From contig JBLMYT010000093.1 of NCBI GenBank assembly GCA_050258455.1, forward strand, positions 42,633-106,632: a stretch of DNA of 64,000 nt, read 5' to 3'. Source of the stretch: Candidatus Omnitrophota bacterium (GTDB lineage Bacteria; Acidobacteriota; Aminicenantia; UBA2199). Shown piece after piece: positions 9,724 to 19,844 of the stretch. The stretch's first letter is position 1, and every line of letters begins with the position of its first letter. The notes beneath the pieces were generated by a model. That model made no database searches and was not told the origin of the DNA. It saw nothing but the letters and a program-made list of their open reading frames with translations. The translations under genes were made by a program, and so were the position numbers.

Positions 9724-12192
9724 ATGACTGAGCAAATCGAACCGAATCGAGAGCACGACATTCGGGTATTGATTGTTGACGACGAAGTATCGATCCGTAA
9801 CAGTTTATCGGCGTTTCTGGAAGATAACGATTTTCAAGTATCGGTTGCGGCGACGGCGGAAGAAGCCCTCTCGTTAATCGAAAAGTCGGTTTTTTTAAAC
9901 AAACGTTACCATACCTCCATTGTCGACATCCGCCTTCCGGGCATGGATGGGGACGCCTTAATTATTCGGGCACATGAAATATCTCCCACTACCCATATGA
10001 TTGTTTATACCGGTTCTTCCACCTATCAGATTTCGGAGTCATTGAAAAAAATTGGCGTCAAAAGGGAATGCGTTTTCGTTAAACCATTAAAAAACATGTC
10101 GGTATTACTCGAATGCATTAAAGCTCATGGGGAGCGTTTATTTCGTTCGCCATCGCCGGTCTCCCCTCAAAAAAAGTATTCGATCCTGATTATTGAAGAT
10201 GAAGCGGCGGTGCGTAAAAGTTCCAGAAATTTTCTGGAAGATTACAATTACCAAATTTTGGAGGCAGAGAATGGCCGGATCGGCTTAGAGATATTTGAAA
10301 AAGAAAAACCCGATCTGGTCCTGGTCGACCTGCGCATGCCGGAAATCAACGGAATGGAGGTTCTCGCCCGAATCCGGAAGCAGTCGCCGGACACCCCCAT
10401 CATCATCATGTCCGGAACCGGCGTGATCCGCGATGTCGTGGAAGCCTTGCGCCTGGGTGCCTGGAATTATCTATTAAAACCGATCGAGGATTTAACCGTG
10501 CTTCGACATGCGGTGGAAAAGGCATTGGAGCGAGCCCGGCTGATCCGTGAAAATCGATTGTACCAGGAACACCTCGAAGAAGAGGTGAAACGCCGAACGT
10601 TCGAACTGGAAAAAACCGCCCAGGAATTACGAAAGAGCGAAGAAAAATACCGGTCCATTTACGAGAATTTGCAGGATATTTATTTTGAGACCTTACCGGA
10701 CGGTCACGTGTTGGAAGTGAGCCCATCGTTGGAATCCTATTTTCATTTCAAACCCGATCGAATCATCGGTAAAAAAATAAACGATTTTTATGTTTACCCC
10801 GCCGAAAGGGAGCGTTTGCTGGAACTGTTAAGTCAACATGGCAAAGTGACGGATTATGAAATCACGTTAGATACGAAGTTCGGTGAAATTATTCCCTGTT
10901 CCATCACCGCGCATTTTCAGTACGATTCGAATCACCAACCCTTAAAAATCTGTGGAACGCTGAGGGATATCAGGGAACGCAAACAAGCGGAAATGGAAAA
11001 GGGAAAACTGACCGAGCAGCTCAACCAGGCTCAAAAAATAGAAGCATTGGGAAGCTTAACCGGGGGCATTGCGCATGACTTCAATAACCTGCTCACCGTC
11101 ATTAACGGGCATGCGGAAATGGCCCTTCGAAAACTGGAAAAAAATATTCCCATTGATAAAGACATTAACGCCATCTGGCAAGCCGGAAAACGGGCCGAAA
11201 AATTAACCCGCCAACTGCTCGCCTTCAGTCGCAAACAAATCTACAAACCCACGGTGCTCGAGCTCAATGAAATCCTCTCCAACATGAAGAGTATGCTGAT
11301 TCGCCTCATCGGTGAAGACATTCGCATGGATCTTCGTTATGGCTCGGATTTAACGGACATCAAAGCCGATCCCGGACAAATCGAACAGGTGGTCATGAAT
11401 TTAATCGTGAATGCCCGGGACGCCATCAATGAAAATAAAGGCGGTCGAGAGAAAAGAATTACCATTGAAACCCAAAAGGTCATGGTCGATAAACGAGTGG
11501 CCATGGATCATCCGGGGATCCGCGAAGGGAACTATGTCGTGTTATCCGTCTCGGATACCGGTATCGGAATGACCGAAGAGGTAAAGAGTAAAATCTTCGA
11601 GCCTTTTTTTACCACCAAGGAAAAGGGAAAAGGGACCGGGCTCGGTCTGTCGACGGTTTACGGCATTGCGAGACAGAACAGGGCCCATGTTTGCGTGCAC
11701 AGCGAACCGGGTCAGGGAGCCCGGTTTGAAATCTTCTGGCCGGTGGCCGAGGAAGTCCAGCCGGTCGAAAAGGAGCCGGTAAAAGCGTCCGCCGATCTTT
11801 TAAAGGGGAATGAAACCATCTTACTCGTGGAAGACGACAAGGACGTCCGAAATTTTGCCTGCCACACGTTACGCGATCTGGGATACAGCGTCATTGAAGC
11901 CGCCAATGGTCGCGAGGCCCTGGAGGTGATTGAAAAGAATAAACTCTCCATTGATTTGGTATTAACCGATATGATCATGCCGGAAATGAATGGCGCCGAA
12001 TTGGCCAGGCATATCAAATTAATGTACCCCGATACCCTAATCCTCTATGCGTCGGGGTATATCGATCATCATTTACTCCCCAATTACCGGATCGAGGAGG
12101 CCGACCATTTTATTCAAAAGCCTTACTCGTTTCTGGATTTAGCCCAAAATGTCCGGAACCTATTGGACAAAAATGCCAAGAATAAAAAATAG
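9724..12192 (+). CDS. Hybrid kinase REC-REC-PAS-HisKA-HATPase-REC
   Basis: Two N-terminal receivers (VDIRLP, VDLRMP), IAHDFNNLL H-box, C-terminal receiver TDMIMP. Confidence 0.93.
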   Translation: MTEQIEPNREHDIRVLIVDDEVSIRNSLSAFLEDNDFQVSVAATAEEALSLIEKSVFLNKRYHTSIVDIRLPGMDGDALIIRAHEISPTTHMIVYTGSSTYQISESLKKIGVKRECVFVKPLKNMSVLLECIKAHGERLFRSPSPVSPQKKYSILIIEDEAAVRKSSRNFLEDYNYQILEAENGRIGLEIFEKEKPDLVLVDLRMPEINGMEVLARIRKQSPDTPIIIMSGTGVIRDVVEALRLGAWNYLLKPIEDLTVLRHAVEKALERARLIRENRLYQEHLEEEVKRRTFELEKTAQELRKSEEKYRSIYENLQDIYFETLPDGHVLEVSPSLESYFHFKPDRIIGKKINDFYVYPAERERLLELLSQHGKVTDYEITLDTKFGEIIPCSITAHFQYDSNHQPLKICGTLRDIRERKQAEMEKGKLTEQLNQAQKIEALGSLTGGIAHDFNNLLTVINGHAEMALRKLEKNIPIDKDINAIWQAGKRAEKLTRQLLAFSRKQIYKPTVLELNEILSNMKSMLIRLIGEDIRMDLRYGSDLTDIKADPGQIEQVVMNLIVNARDAINENKGGREKRITIETQKVMVDKRVAMDHPGIREGNYVVLSVSDTGIGMTEEVKSKIFEPFFTTKEKGKGTGLGLSTVYGIARQNRAHVCVHSEPGQGARFEIFWPVAEEVQPVEKEPVKASADLLKGNETILLVEDDKDVRNFACHTLRDLGYSVIEAANGREALEVIEKNKLSIDLVLTDMIMPEMNGAELARHIKLMYPDTLILYASGYIDHHLLPNYRIEEADHFIQKPYSFLDLAQNVRNLLDKNAKNKK

Positions 12193-12293
12193 AATTAAAT
12201 AAAAAATAAAAATTTTACTCCCGTTGTTGTGCGTTGGGCGGATTTGTGGTATTTATAAAATCCGAATTAAATCAACAATAAGGAGTAACCAAC

Positions 12294-13541
12294 ATGCAGC
12301 GGAATCGTCGAACAGGGGTTCGAGTATCATATTTAATATTTTTTTTCGTATTAATCGTTTTTTTTCAAAACGTTTATTCGGCCGAAGAGAAAATCGATCC
12401 GGTACGATGGAAAAAAGCACTGGCGATTCATCAGAAGGCTATTGTCATTGATACGCATTCGGATACACCGATGGCGATATTCGAAGAGGGGAGAGATCTG
12501 GGGAAACGGTCGGACAAAGGGGAAGTGGATTTTGTCCGGATGAAAGAAGGCGGGTTGGGGGCGATGTTTTTTGCCGTGTTTGTGTCCAATAACCGGGATG
12601 ACAAGCATTCGGCCAAAGATGCGTTGGAGGGAATCGACGAAATATACCGCCAGGTTCAGAAAAATCCGTCTCTGACCGCTCTGGCCTATTCGCCGGCCGA
12701 CATTTTAAGTCTTCACGCCCAGGGAAAGCGGGCCATTTTGATTGGCATCGAAAACGGGGGGCCGCTGGAAGGCAGCCTCCGGATCCTGAGGGATTATTAC
12801 CGCCTGGGGGCACGTTACATCACCTTAACCCATAACAAGAACAACGATATCTGCGATTCGGCAACCGCGGATAAACCCCAATGGAATGGTTTGAGCCCGT
12901 TTGGGAAAGACGTGGTCAAAGAGATGAACCGGTTGGGAATGTTAATCGATATCTCCCATGTTTCGGACAAAACCTTTTACGATGTGATTCGGGAATCTCA
13001 GGCACCGGTATTTGCGTCTCATTCGTGTGCGCGAACCGTGTGCAGTGCGCCGCGCAACATGACCGATGACATGCTCCGGGCGCTGGCCAAAAAGGGCGGG
13101 GTCATTCAGGTGAACTTCTTTTCGGCTTTTGTGGATCAGGACTTTAAAAACAAATCCGATGCGTTTGAAAAGGATCGAGAGCCCGAACTCAAGAAACTGG
13201 CCGAAACCTATAAGGGGAACCCCAAGGCCCATTGGGAGGAGTATGGGAAACTGTTTAAGAAATACGGACCGTCGGATCCGCCGTTGGAGAGTCTGATCAA
13301 GCAGATCGATTACATTGTCAAATTGGTGGGTGTGGATTATGTCGGGCTCGGTTCGGACTTTGATGGGGCCGGGAGTTTTCCGGTGGGGCTTCAGGATGTC
13401 ACCGGTTACCCGAAAATCACGTATGAGCTCTTAAAGCGGGGGTATAAGGAAGAGGACATCAAAAAGATACTGGGCGGAAATTTTCTTCGGGTGTTCAATG
13501 CAGTGATAAAGACCGCCGAGAAGATCAAAGCGGGTAAATAA
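12294..13541 (+). CDS. Secreted membrane dipeptidase (peptidase M19)
   Basis: Signal peptide, IDTHSDT, IGIENG, TLTHN, DISHVSD, ASHS, GLGSDFDG. Confidence 0.92.
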   Translation: MQRNRRTGVRVSYLIFFFVLIVFFQNVYSAEEKIDPVRWKKALAIHQKAIVIDTHSDTPMAIFEEGRDLGKRSDKGEVDFVRMKEGGLGAMFFAVFVSNNRDDKHSAKDALEGIDEIYRQVQKNPSLTALAYSPADILSLHAQGKRAILIGIENGGPLEGSLRILRDYYRLGARYITLTHNKNNDICDSATADKPQWNGLSPFGKDVVKEMNRLGMLIDISHVSDKTFYDVIRESQAPVFASHSCARTVCSAPRNMTDDMLRALAKKGGVIQVNFFSAFVDQDFKNKSDAFEKDREPELKKLAETYKGNPKAHWEEYGKLFKKYGPSDPPLESLIKQIDYIVKLVGVDYVGLGSDFDGAGSFPVGLQDVTGYPKITYELLKRGYKEEDIKKILGGNFLRVFNAVIKTAEKIKAGK

Positions 13542-13601
13542 TTAAAATAATTAAAATAATTAAAATAATTAAATGATTAAATAATTAATAATTAATAATT
13601 A
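13537..13601. repeat. Low-complexity AAATAATTAA tandem repeat
   Basis: Several exact then degenerate 10-bp units directly after the dipeptidase stop codon. Confidence 0.7.
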
Positions 13602-13602
13602 T

Positions 13603-13627
13603 GTAGGGGCGATTTGACAATCGCCCC
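13603..13627 (+). repeat. GTAG-type REP-like palindrome, possible terminator
   Basis: GTAGGGGCGATTTGACAATCGCCCC between convergent genes. Confidence 0.6.
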
Positions 13628-13640
13628 GTTAATTAAACCA

Positions 13641-14867
13641 CTAAACCACCAGTTTTACCCAAAGCAGGGTAATGAGAATCGAAACCACCGTAATCGGAAT
13701 GCCTGTCCGGGCATGTTCCTTAAAACCGATGGTCACGCCATAGCCTTTGGCCCCTTCGATCACGATCAGGTTGGCAATACTGCCGATGGTGATCAGGTTT
13801 CCGGCAAAGGTCGAGGCGAGCGCCACCACGTACCATTGAGTCGCCTGGGACGGATTCAAAAATTTCACCAGTAGCATGGTGGCGGGAACATTGCTGACGA
13901 TGTTACTCAGTCCGGCGGAAACAAGGGTCAGGTTCGAAAGGTTTTGAATGTCAAAGTGCCTGGCGTTAAAGAATTGAATCGCGAGTGCCGGAATTCCCGT
14001 TACCTCGAGTCCGGCAATCACGATAAAAAGGGCACAAAAAAGGGTCATCAGGTGCCAGTCGATCAGTCCGAGGATCGAGCGGGTGTGCATGGAGCGGCTG
14101 CAAAGGAGAAAACCGGCCAGAGCGAGTGCGGAAAGTTCGCGCGGTACCGGAGTAAAGAAAAGAATCATCAAGAGGGCCACAACCGCCAACCCTTTATGCG
14201 ACTGGTGCGCGTTAAAATCCGGTCCCGGATCGTCCCGTAACTGAGCCGCAGCCGGAATCCGGATCCGAAACTTTTCCCGGTACAGAAAATAAATAATAAA
14301 ATAAGCGGCAATCAACGACAGGATCGAGGGAACCATGCAAAACAATAAAAATTTGCCGAAGTGTAAGTTTCCGATTTGACCCAGGAGCATGTTTTGAGGA
14401 TTCCCGATAATCGTTGCCGCAGACCCGATGTTACTCGAAACAGCCAGCCCAATGAGAAAGGGAATGGGGTTCATCCCGGCATCGAGTAACGCCAGGCAAA
14501 TGACCGGGGTAAACGCCAGACACACGATATCATTGGCCAGTATCGCGGAAAGGATGGCACAGGTGACCATCAGAAACGCCAGGAACGTTTTGGGGTTGGC
14601 CGTAAAGCGGGTAATGGATCGCGCCAGATGCGTATAAAATCCGCTCAACCGCAGTTGGGCGGAAATCACCATTAAGGAGTAGAGCAACAGGATCGTGGAC
14701 GTATCGATCGCCCCCACGGCATGGCGGGTGGTTAACACCCCGGCAACCACCATGGCAATGGCGCCCAGCAACGCCACGCCGGTTCGGTCCAGCGCCAATC
14801 CCGGGAGGGTTCCCAAAGCAACCCCGGCATAAGTGACGATAAAGATGATGATGGCGACCGTTGCCAT
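13641..14867 (-). CDS. ArsB/NhaD/CitM (SLC13-like) anion permease
   Basis: Many TM helices, LDRTGVALLG, SNIGSAATIIGNPQN, VSNVPA, GSIANLIV. Confidence 0.85.
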   Translation of the reverse strand: MATVAIIIFIVTYAGVALGTLPGLALDRTGVALLGAIAMVVAGVLTTRHAVGAIDTSTILLLYSLMVISAQLRLSGFYTHLARSITRFTANPKTFLAFLMVTCAILSAILANDIVCLAFTPVICLALLDAGMNPIPFLIGLAVSSNIGSAATIIGNPQNMLLGQIGNLHFGKFLLFCMVPSILSLIAAYFIIYFLYREKFRIRIPAAAQLRDDPGPDFNAHQSHKGLAVVALLMILFFTPVPRELSALALAGFLLCSRSMHTRSILGLIDWHLMTLFCALFIVIAGLEVTGIPALAIQFFNARHFDIQNLSNLTLVSAGLSNIVSNVPATMLLVKFLNPSQATQWYVVALASTFAGNLITIGSIANLIVIEGAKGYGVTIGFKEHARTGIPITVVSILITLLWVKLVV

Positions 14868-14928
14868 GACTGACCGATTGCCCGTTTAAAACGTTTTTGT
14901 GCGGTAACCGAAACGAAAAAAGAAAGAA

Positions 14929-15654
14929 TCAATATGCATGAGAGAGGAAATGATCGATAAAGATGTGAAGGGGGATATCGTTTACCTGAGCGGGGATTCG
15001 CTTGTGAGACGTACAAACGGCCATTTTATAGCCGTTGTGGATCGGGTATTGCCTGAAGAAAATATCATCGATCGCCTGACCGTTGATATGCATGGAAATA
15101 TTTTCGGGACTATGGTATTTGATGGAAAAGGCATTGAGCGGATGGGAGAGGCCTTTTCCGAGAATTTTGATATAGCTTTCCTTTAATGACCAGAGGGTAA
15201 AAAAGTAGTCGAATTTATCGGATTTATTCATCAGATCGAAATGTTCGTCTTCGGAAAAATAGTGTTTGGAGATATCCAGGTCGATCGATTGGATTTGTTC
15301 CACATCGATTCCCACGGGGTGATTGTCGATGACCCCGACGACCCATTCGCCGGAATGAGAGAGGTTGAACTCGATATCGTCGCGACCCTTGAGGGCGGGT
15401 TTTCCATAATAGTTGGTGGTAAAATCAATGTCTTTGTTCGGTATGCCGAGTTTTTCCCGGATGACATGACGAATCAGAAGGTCGGCAAACAATCCGCGAA
15501 GCCGGTCTTCTTCGCGCACAAATTTTTTAATGCGCACCCTTTTCTCCGGGGAAACGTAATTGAGTAACGTCTCAAAGAGTGACAAATCGAATTTTTCCGA
15601 AAAATCCAATCGAAGGGCATACACATCGATCATTTTCTTTTTACTCCTCTTCAC
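14929..15654 (-). CDS. Sfp-type 4'-phosphopantetheinyl transferase
   Basis: YGKP, FNLSHSG, VGIDVE, WSLKESYIK..GKGL; true start may be the ATG about 21 nt downstream. Confidence 0.93.
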   Translation of the reverse strand: MKRSKKKMIDVYALRLDFSEKFDLSLFETLLNYVSPEKRVRIKKFVREEDRLRGLFADLLIRHVIREKLGIPNKDIDFTTNYYGKPALKGRDDIEFNLSHSGEWVVGVIDNHPVGIDVEQIQSIDLDISKHYFSEDEHFDLMNKSDKFDYFFTLWSLKESYIKILGKGLSHPLNAFSIKYHSPENISMHINGQAIDDIFFRQYPIHNGYKMAVCTSHKRIPAQVNDIPLHIFIDHFLSHAY

Positions 15655-16371
15655 TTATTCAAGTCCGGAATTTCGAATGGCGGTGTTGATGATTTCCACG
15701 ACCCGCTGCGGTTCTTCGTGGATGAAGAAATGCCCGCCTTCAAAATAGTGGATATTGCATTGCCGGCTGGAGTGAACCGTCCAGGCTTCGACTTCCTCGA
15801 TGCTGTCCTCGTCTTTTTTACCGCTCATCACCGTAATGTTACAATCGAGGGGTGCGTCTTTGGGAGCGTGGACATAGGTCTCGGTCAAACGGAAGTCCCC
15901 TTTGAGTAAGGGCAAAAACACTTCGAGAAGTTCCGGGTGTTCGAAGAATTCTTTGGGAGTGCCGCCCATTCCCAGCAGTTCTTTTTTGAACTCGGGATCC
16001 GGCAAATGGTGCAGGCGTCGTTTCTTTTCCCGGTTGATCTGAGGGGCGGCTCTTCCGGAAAAGATAATATGAACCGGTGCGGGGTAGTTGTTTTTCAAAA
16101 TTTTATAAGCCAGTTCAAACGCGATCATGCTGCCCATGCTGTGGCCGCAGAGGGCATAGGGGCCCTGGAGGAGTTCATCTTTGATGAGTTTAAGAGCATC
16201 ATCCACGGCATGATCGATGGAGGCGTAATTGGCTTCGCGCATGCGTCTGCCGCGGGCGGCCAGTTCGATGGGGCGAAATTCGATATCGGGGTCAAAATAG
16301 GGTTTCCATTGATTGTAAGAGGCCGCAGCGCCTCCGGCGTAGGGGAAACAAAATAATTTAGTCTTAGTCAT
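15655..16371 (-). CDS. Type II thioesterase (NRPS/PKS editing)
   Basis: LFCFPYAGG, GHSMG nucleophile elbow, FEGGHFF. Confidence 0.93.
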   Translation of the reverse strand: MTKTKLFCFPYAGGAAASYNQWKPYFDPDIEFRPIELAARGRRMREANYASIDHAVDDALKLIKDELLQGPYALCGHSMGSMIAFELAYKILKNNYPAPVHIIFSGRAAPQINREKKRRLHHLPDPEFKKELLGMGGTPKEFFEHPELLEVFLPLLKGDFRLTETYVHAPKDAPLDCNITVMSGKKDEDSIEEVEAWTVHSSRQCNIHYFEGGHFFIHEEPQRVVEIINTAIRNSGLE

Positions 16372-16541
16372 GGTCGTGAGTTCCTCCGGTTATTTCATTT
16401 CCGAAATATTATACCATATTTTAATCGCTCCGCAGGAAAATTTTTAAATTTTTCATCGATATCCCCTATTTGTCCATGGGATGAAACCTGTTATAATTAA
16501 CGCTTATCGATAGTAAGATCATATGTCAAAAAGGAGGTACG

Positions 16542-17579
16542 ATGTCATACAATGGAATTTCGGATTTTCGGAGCGATACGGTAACCCGTCCGACGGAAGA
16601 AATGAGAAAAGCGATGGTCAATGCCGAAGTGGGGGATGATGTATTTGGGGATGACCCGACGGTCAATAAATTGGAAGCCTTAGCGGCTGAGAAAGTGGGG
16701 AAGGAAGCAGCCCTTTTTGTTCCGACCGGAACCATGGGCAATACCATTGCCATGGTCTTGTGTGCGGGTGGGGGCAAAGAAGTGATCATGGAAGAGAAGT
16801 GCCATATTCTGAATTTTGAAGCCGGAAACATTGCCCGGATTGCGCACGCCGTGCCGCGGGGATTGCCTTCGGATCGAGGAGAAATTCCGCTCACCGTGCT
16901 GGAAGAAAACATTCACGCGAGTCTTCGGGATCACATGCCGCAGACCACGGCCATTGCGTTGGAAAATTCACACAATACCTGGGGTGGGGCCGTATTGGGA
17001 TTGGATTATTTGAGCCGTGTTTCGGAACTGGCCCAAAAATACCGGTTGCATGTGCATCTGGATGGTGCCCGGTTGTTTAATGCGTCGGTGGCATTGAGTG
17101 TGGATGTGAAAGCGATCACCCAGCATGTCGATACCTTAATGTTTTGTCTCTCCAAAGGACTTTGTGCCCCGGTGGGATCGATTCTTGCGGGACCGAAGGC
17201 GTTTATCAAAGAAGCCCGCGTGGTGCGAAAGTATCTCGGTGGCGGAATGCGGCAGGTCGGTTTGATAGCCGCCGCCGGTCTGGTGGCCATGGAAACAATG
17301 GTTGACCGACTGGCAGACGATCATCGCCGGGCTCGGCAGTTAGCCGAACGAATCTCGGACCTCAAGGCCATTGCGGTCAATCGGGAACACGTTCAGACCA
17401 ATTTTGTGATGATCCAACTCAACACCATGACTGCGGATACCTTTCTTAAAAAGTTAGCGGAGAAAGGTGTGTGGGCATTGCCGTTTAATTCCACGTTGGT
17501 GCGGATGGTTACGCACAAAGACATCGATGATGCGGATGTGGAGCGGGCCGTGAACGCGATCCGGGAAATCGTCGCATGA
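16542..17579 (+). CDS. ltaE: Low-specificity L-threonine aldolase
   Basis: DFRSDTVTRPT, VGDDV.GDDPTV, HLDGARLFNA, CLSKGLCAPVGS, GGGMRQ. Confidence 0.93.
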   Translation: MSYNGISDFRSDTVTRPTEEMRKAMVNAEVGDDVFGDDPTVNKLEALAAEKVGKEAALFVPTGTMGNTIAMVLCAGGGKEVIMEEKCHILNFEAGNIARIAHAVPRGLPSDRGEIPLTVLEENIHASLRDHMPQTTAIALENSHNTWGGAVLGLDYLSRVSELAQKYRLHVHLDGARLFNASVALSVDVKAITQHVDTLMFCLSKGLCAPVGSILAGPKAFIKEARVVRKYLGGGMRQVGLIAAAGLVAMETMVDRLADDHRRARQLAERISDLKAIAVNREHVQTNFVMIQLNTMTADTFLKKLAEKGVWALPFNSTLVRMVTHKDIDDADVERAVNAIREIVA

Positions 17580-17701
17580 TGGTTGGAATGCAGGAATTGA
17601 ATGGAATCATTGAATAAATAAACGAAATTTTAAGTATTGATCATAAAATTGAAGAGGGGAGAGAAGGGGAAAACTTGGTGGAAAGCAACGAAAACAACAA
17701 G

Positions 17702-17773
17702 AGGCGGCGACCGGATTCGAACCGATGAATAACGATTTTGCAGACCGCTGCCTTACCACTTGGCTACGCCGCC
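17702..17773 (-). tRNA. tRNA-Cys(GCA), CCA not encoded
   Basis: Revcomp GGCGGCGTAGCCAAGTGGTAAGGCAGCGGTCTGCAAAATCGTTATTCATCGGTTCGAATCCGGTCGCCGCCT; anticodon GCA, TTCGAAT T-loop. Confidence 0.95.
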
Positions 17774-17780
17774 ACTCAAA

Positions 17781-17855
<75 letters not shown>

Positions 17856-17874
17856 TTGCATTTAGTGAAACAAT

Positions 17875-17903
17875 AGGATAATCGAAAACTGATATTTTGT
17901 CAA
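17875..17903 (-). promoter_or_regulatory. Sigma70 promoter of the tRNA-Gly/tRNA-Cys operon
   Basis: TTGACA-17bp-TATCCT on the minus strand, about 20 nt upstream of tRNA-Gly. Confidence 0.7.
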
Positions 17904-17935
17904 CCCCTTTTTTACGTTTTTTCTGTCTTAAAAAT

Positions 17936-19726
17936 TCAATGGACTTCGTCCTTGTAGACCAGACGATGGCCGAGGAAAACCAGAATGAGTTTTTTTAATT
18001 TGGTTTTTCCGATGATCTTTTGGAATCGCTCATCCGCGCTGTATTGACGCAGTTGCGTTTCGGCTTCTTCGGCGAGTGTTCGAATTCGTTCCTGAACACC
18101 TTCCGCGTCCACGGAAGAGGGCGACATGTATTTGATTTCGATCACATACGAATACTTCAAATTCGGGTATTGGACCAGCCAGGGTTCCAGAACCAGATCC
18201 GAAAACCCCTGATTCATCTCTTTTTCAGAATGAACAATATAGAGATCACTAAGGCCCAGGTAGACATTCCAGAACACTTGCAGGGCTTTTTCGCGCGTCA
18301 TCAAGTCTCTTAAACTCAATGAGGCTTCCATGCGTCCGGCAATGTAATCCACCAGGGGAAGCCATTGTCCCCGGTAGGCCATGTCATTCATCAATTCGGT
18401 GTATTTATCCGGATCGATGGTAAGGAGACCGATTTCTTCGCTGGTTTCCTGGATGTAATCATAATACAAATGTTTGATCGATTCATTGGGAATCGCCAGA
18501 ATGGTGTTGTTTTCTTCATCCGTTCCGCGGATGGATAACAGCCCGAAGTAATAGAGCAGAGAAACGAAATTACCGGTGCGCATCAATCCTGAAAGGGGAA
18601 AACTTTTCTCAATAATCGAATGAACCGATCCCTTTTCAATGATCTGTTGAAGTTTGGAAAAGTTTCCATTGGTTTTGGGTTTCCCTTTTTGATCGATCAC
18701 AATCAAATGACGCAGTTTCTGGTAGTCCATGCGCACATTACGATCGATGAGGCTCTCGGGGATTTGGGATTCTTTCATGTATTCATCCAGGAAATACAAT
18801 ACCTGGACCGGGTTAAACAAATCTGTTTCAGCATGCAACGCGAACCGGTAATGATTGTAAAATCGGCCCATAATCTCCATCAGTTCGGGAGTGGAATGTT
18901 TGATCTTTCCGGTTTGCCGGTAATAATTGACGGCGGTTTCGACTTCGGTCCGGGTGAAGCCGAGGATTTCATTGATATCCGAATCGAGCGAAATATTTTT
19001 GGCGATATTAAAACCGGATGTGACATCGTCCAGGGTAATCGGGGAGACGCCGGTCATAAACAGGCGTGAAATGGCGGCGCCGCTACCGGTGGTTCCTCCC
19101 TTGATGACATTGAAAAAAGATCGTAGAAAACCCTCCCCATGCGTGATGTCATGGTAAATGTTTTGACCGGCAGTGGACAATATCGTATTGGCAAAATTAT
19201 CATACTCATCGATAATGATATAGATTTTTTGATTTTGTCCCCAACAAAAATCCAGAAGCGAGTTCATTAATTCCGTGGCACTTAAGGAAGAACGAAATTC
19301 GTCTTTTACATCTTCGATATCGATATCCAAAAGTTTTTTATACTTTTTGATGAAATAAAGAGCTGTACTTTTGATATGGTTTAAGAAAGCCCTCTCAACC
19401 ACCTCTACATTTGAGTTGACTCTCGAAAAATTCAATTTAAAAATCAGGTATTTATTCCGTTCCTCGGTCGGGTGTCGGTGGATATCGGTTCCTTCGAAGA
19501 AGAAATCGAAACGATCCTTTTGGGCAATGTCATAGTAATCTTCCAGGATCGAAAGGAAGAGCGATTTTCCAAAACGCCTGGGACGGATGAAAAACAAATA
19601 ACGGCCCTTTTCCTCGATATTTCTGATATACCGCGTTTTATCCACGTAATAATAGTTTTCTTCACTGAAAATATCGTAATCCGAAATACCATAAGGTATC
19701 TGCTTTAATCGTTTTTCTTCTGTCAT
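17936..19726 (-). CDS. AAA-ATPase-like domain plus PD-(D/E)XK nuclease protein
   Basis: IPYGISD, YVDKT, RPRRFGKSL, IIDEYDNFAN, C-terminal EKE..GFSDL...IEIKY; start taken at ATG 19726 (ORF track begins 19744). Confidence 0.9.
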   Translation of the reverse strand: MTEEKRLKQIPYGISDYDIFSEENYYYVDKTRYIRNIEEKGRYLFFIRPRRFGKSLFLSILEDYYDIAQKDRFDFFFEGTDIHRHPTEERNKYLIFKLNFSRVNSNVEVVERAFLNHIKSTALYFIKKYKKLLDIDIEDVKDEFRSSLSATELMNSLLDFCWGQNQKIYIIIDEYDNFANTILSTAGQNIYHDITHGEGFLRSFFNVIKGGTTGSGAAISRLFMTGVSPITLDDVTSGFNIAKNISLDSDINEILGFTRTEVETAVNYYRQTGKIKHSTPELMEIMGRFYNHYRFALHAETDLFNPVQVLYFLDEYMKESQIPESLIDRNVRMDYQKLRHLIVIDQKGKPKTNGNFSKLQQIIEKGSVHSIIEKSFPLSGLMRTGNFVSLLYYFGLLSIRGTDEENNTILAIPNESIKHLYYDYIQETSEEIGLLTIDPDKYTELMNDMAYRGQWLPLVDYIAGRMEASLSLRDLMTREKALQVFWNVYLGLSDLYIVHSEKEMNQGFSDLVLEPWLVQYPNLKYSYVIEIKYMSPSSVDAEGVQERIRTLAEEAETQLRQYSADERFQKIIGKTKLKKLILVFLGHRLVYKDEVH

Positions 19727-19732
19727 GACTGT

Positions 19733-19761
19733 ATGATAAAACAAAAGGGTCGGATTGTCAA
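19733..19761 (-). promoter_or_regulatory. Sigma70 promoter, leaderless
   Basis: TTGACA-17bp-TATCAT ending 6 nt before ATG 19726. Confidence 0.65.
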
Positions 19762-19767
19762 TTTATT

Positions 19768-19814
19768 AAAAGTTTTCGGAGGTGTCGGAACCCTTTTTCA
19801 AAAGGGTTCTGACG
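19768..19814 (-). repeat. Palindromic intergenic repeat (same family as 42702-42758)
   Basis: Revcomp TCAGAACCCTTTTGAAAAAGGGTTCCGACACCTCCGAAAACTTTT: hairpin followed by an AAAACTTTT tail. Confidence 0.65.
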
Positions 19815-19844
19815 TCTAAATCTCGCCTTTTGCAGACCATTCAC

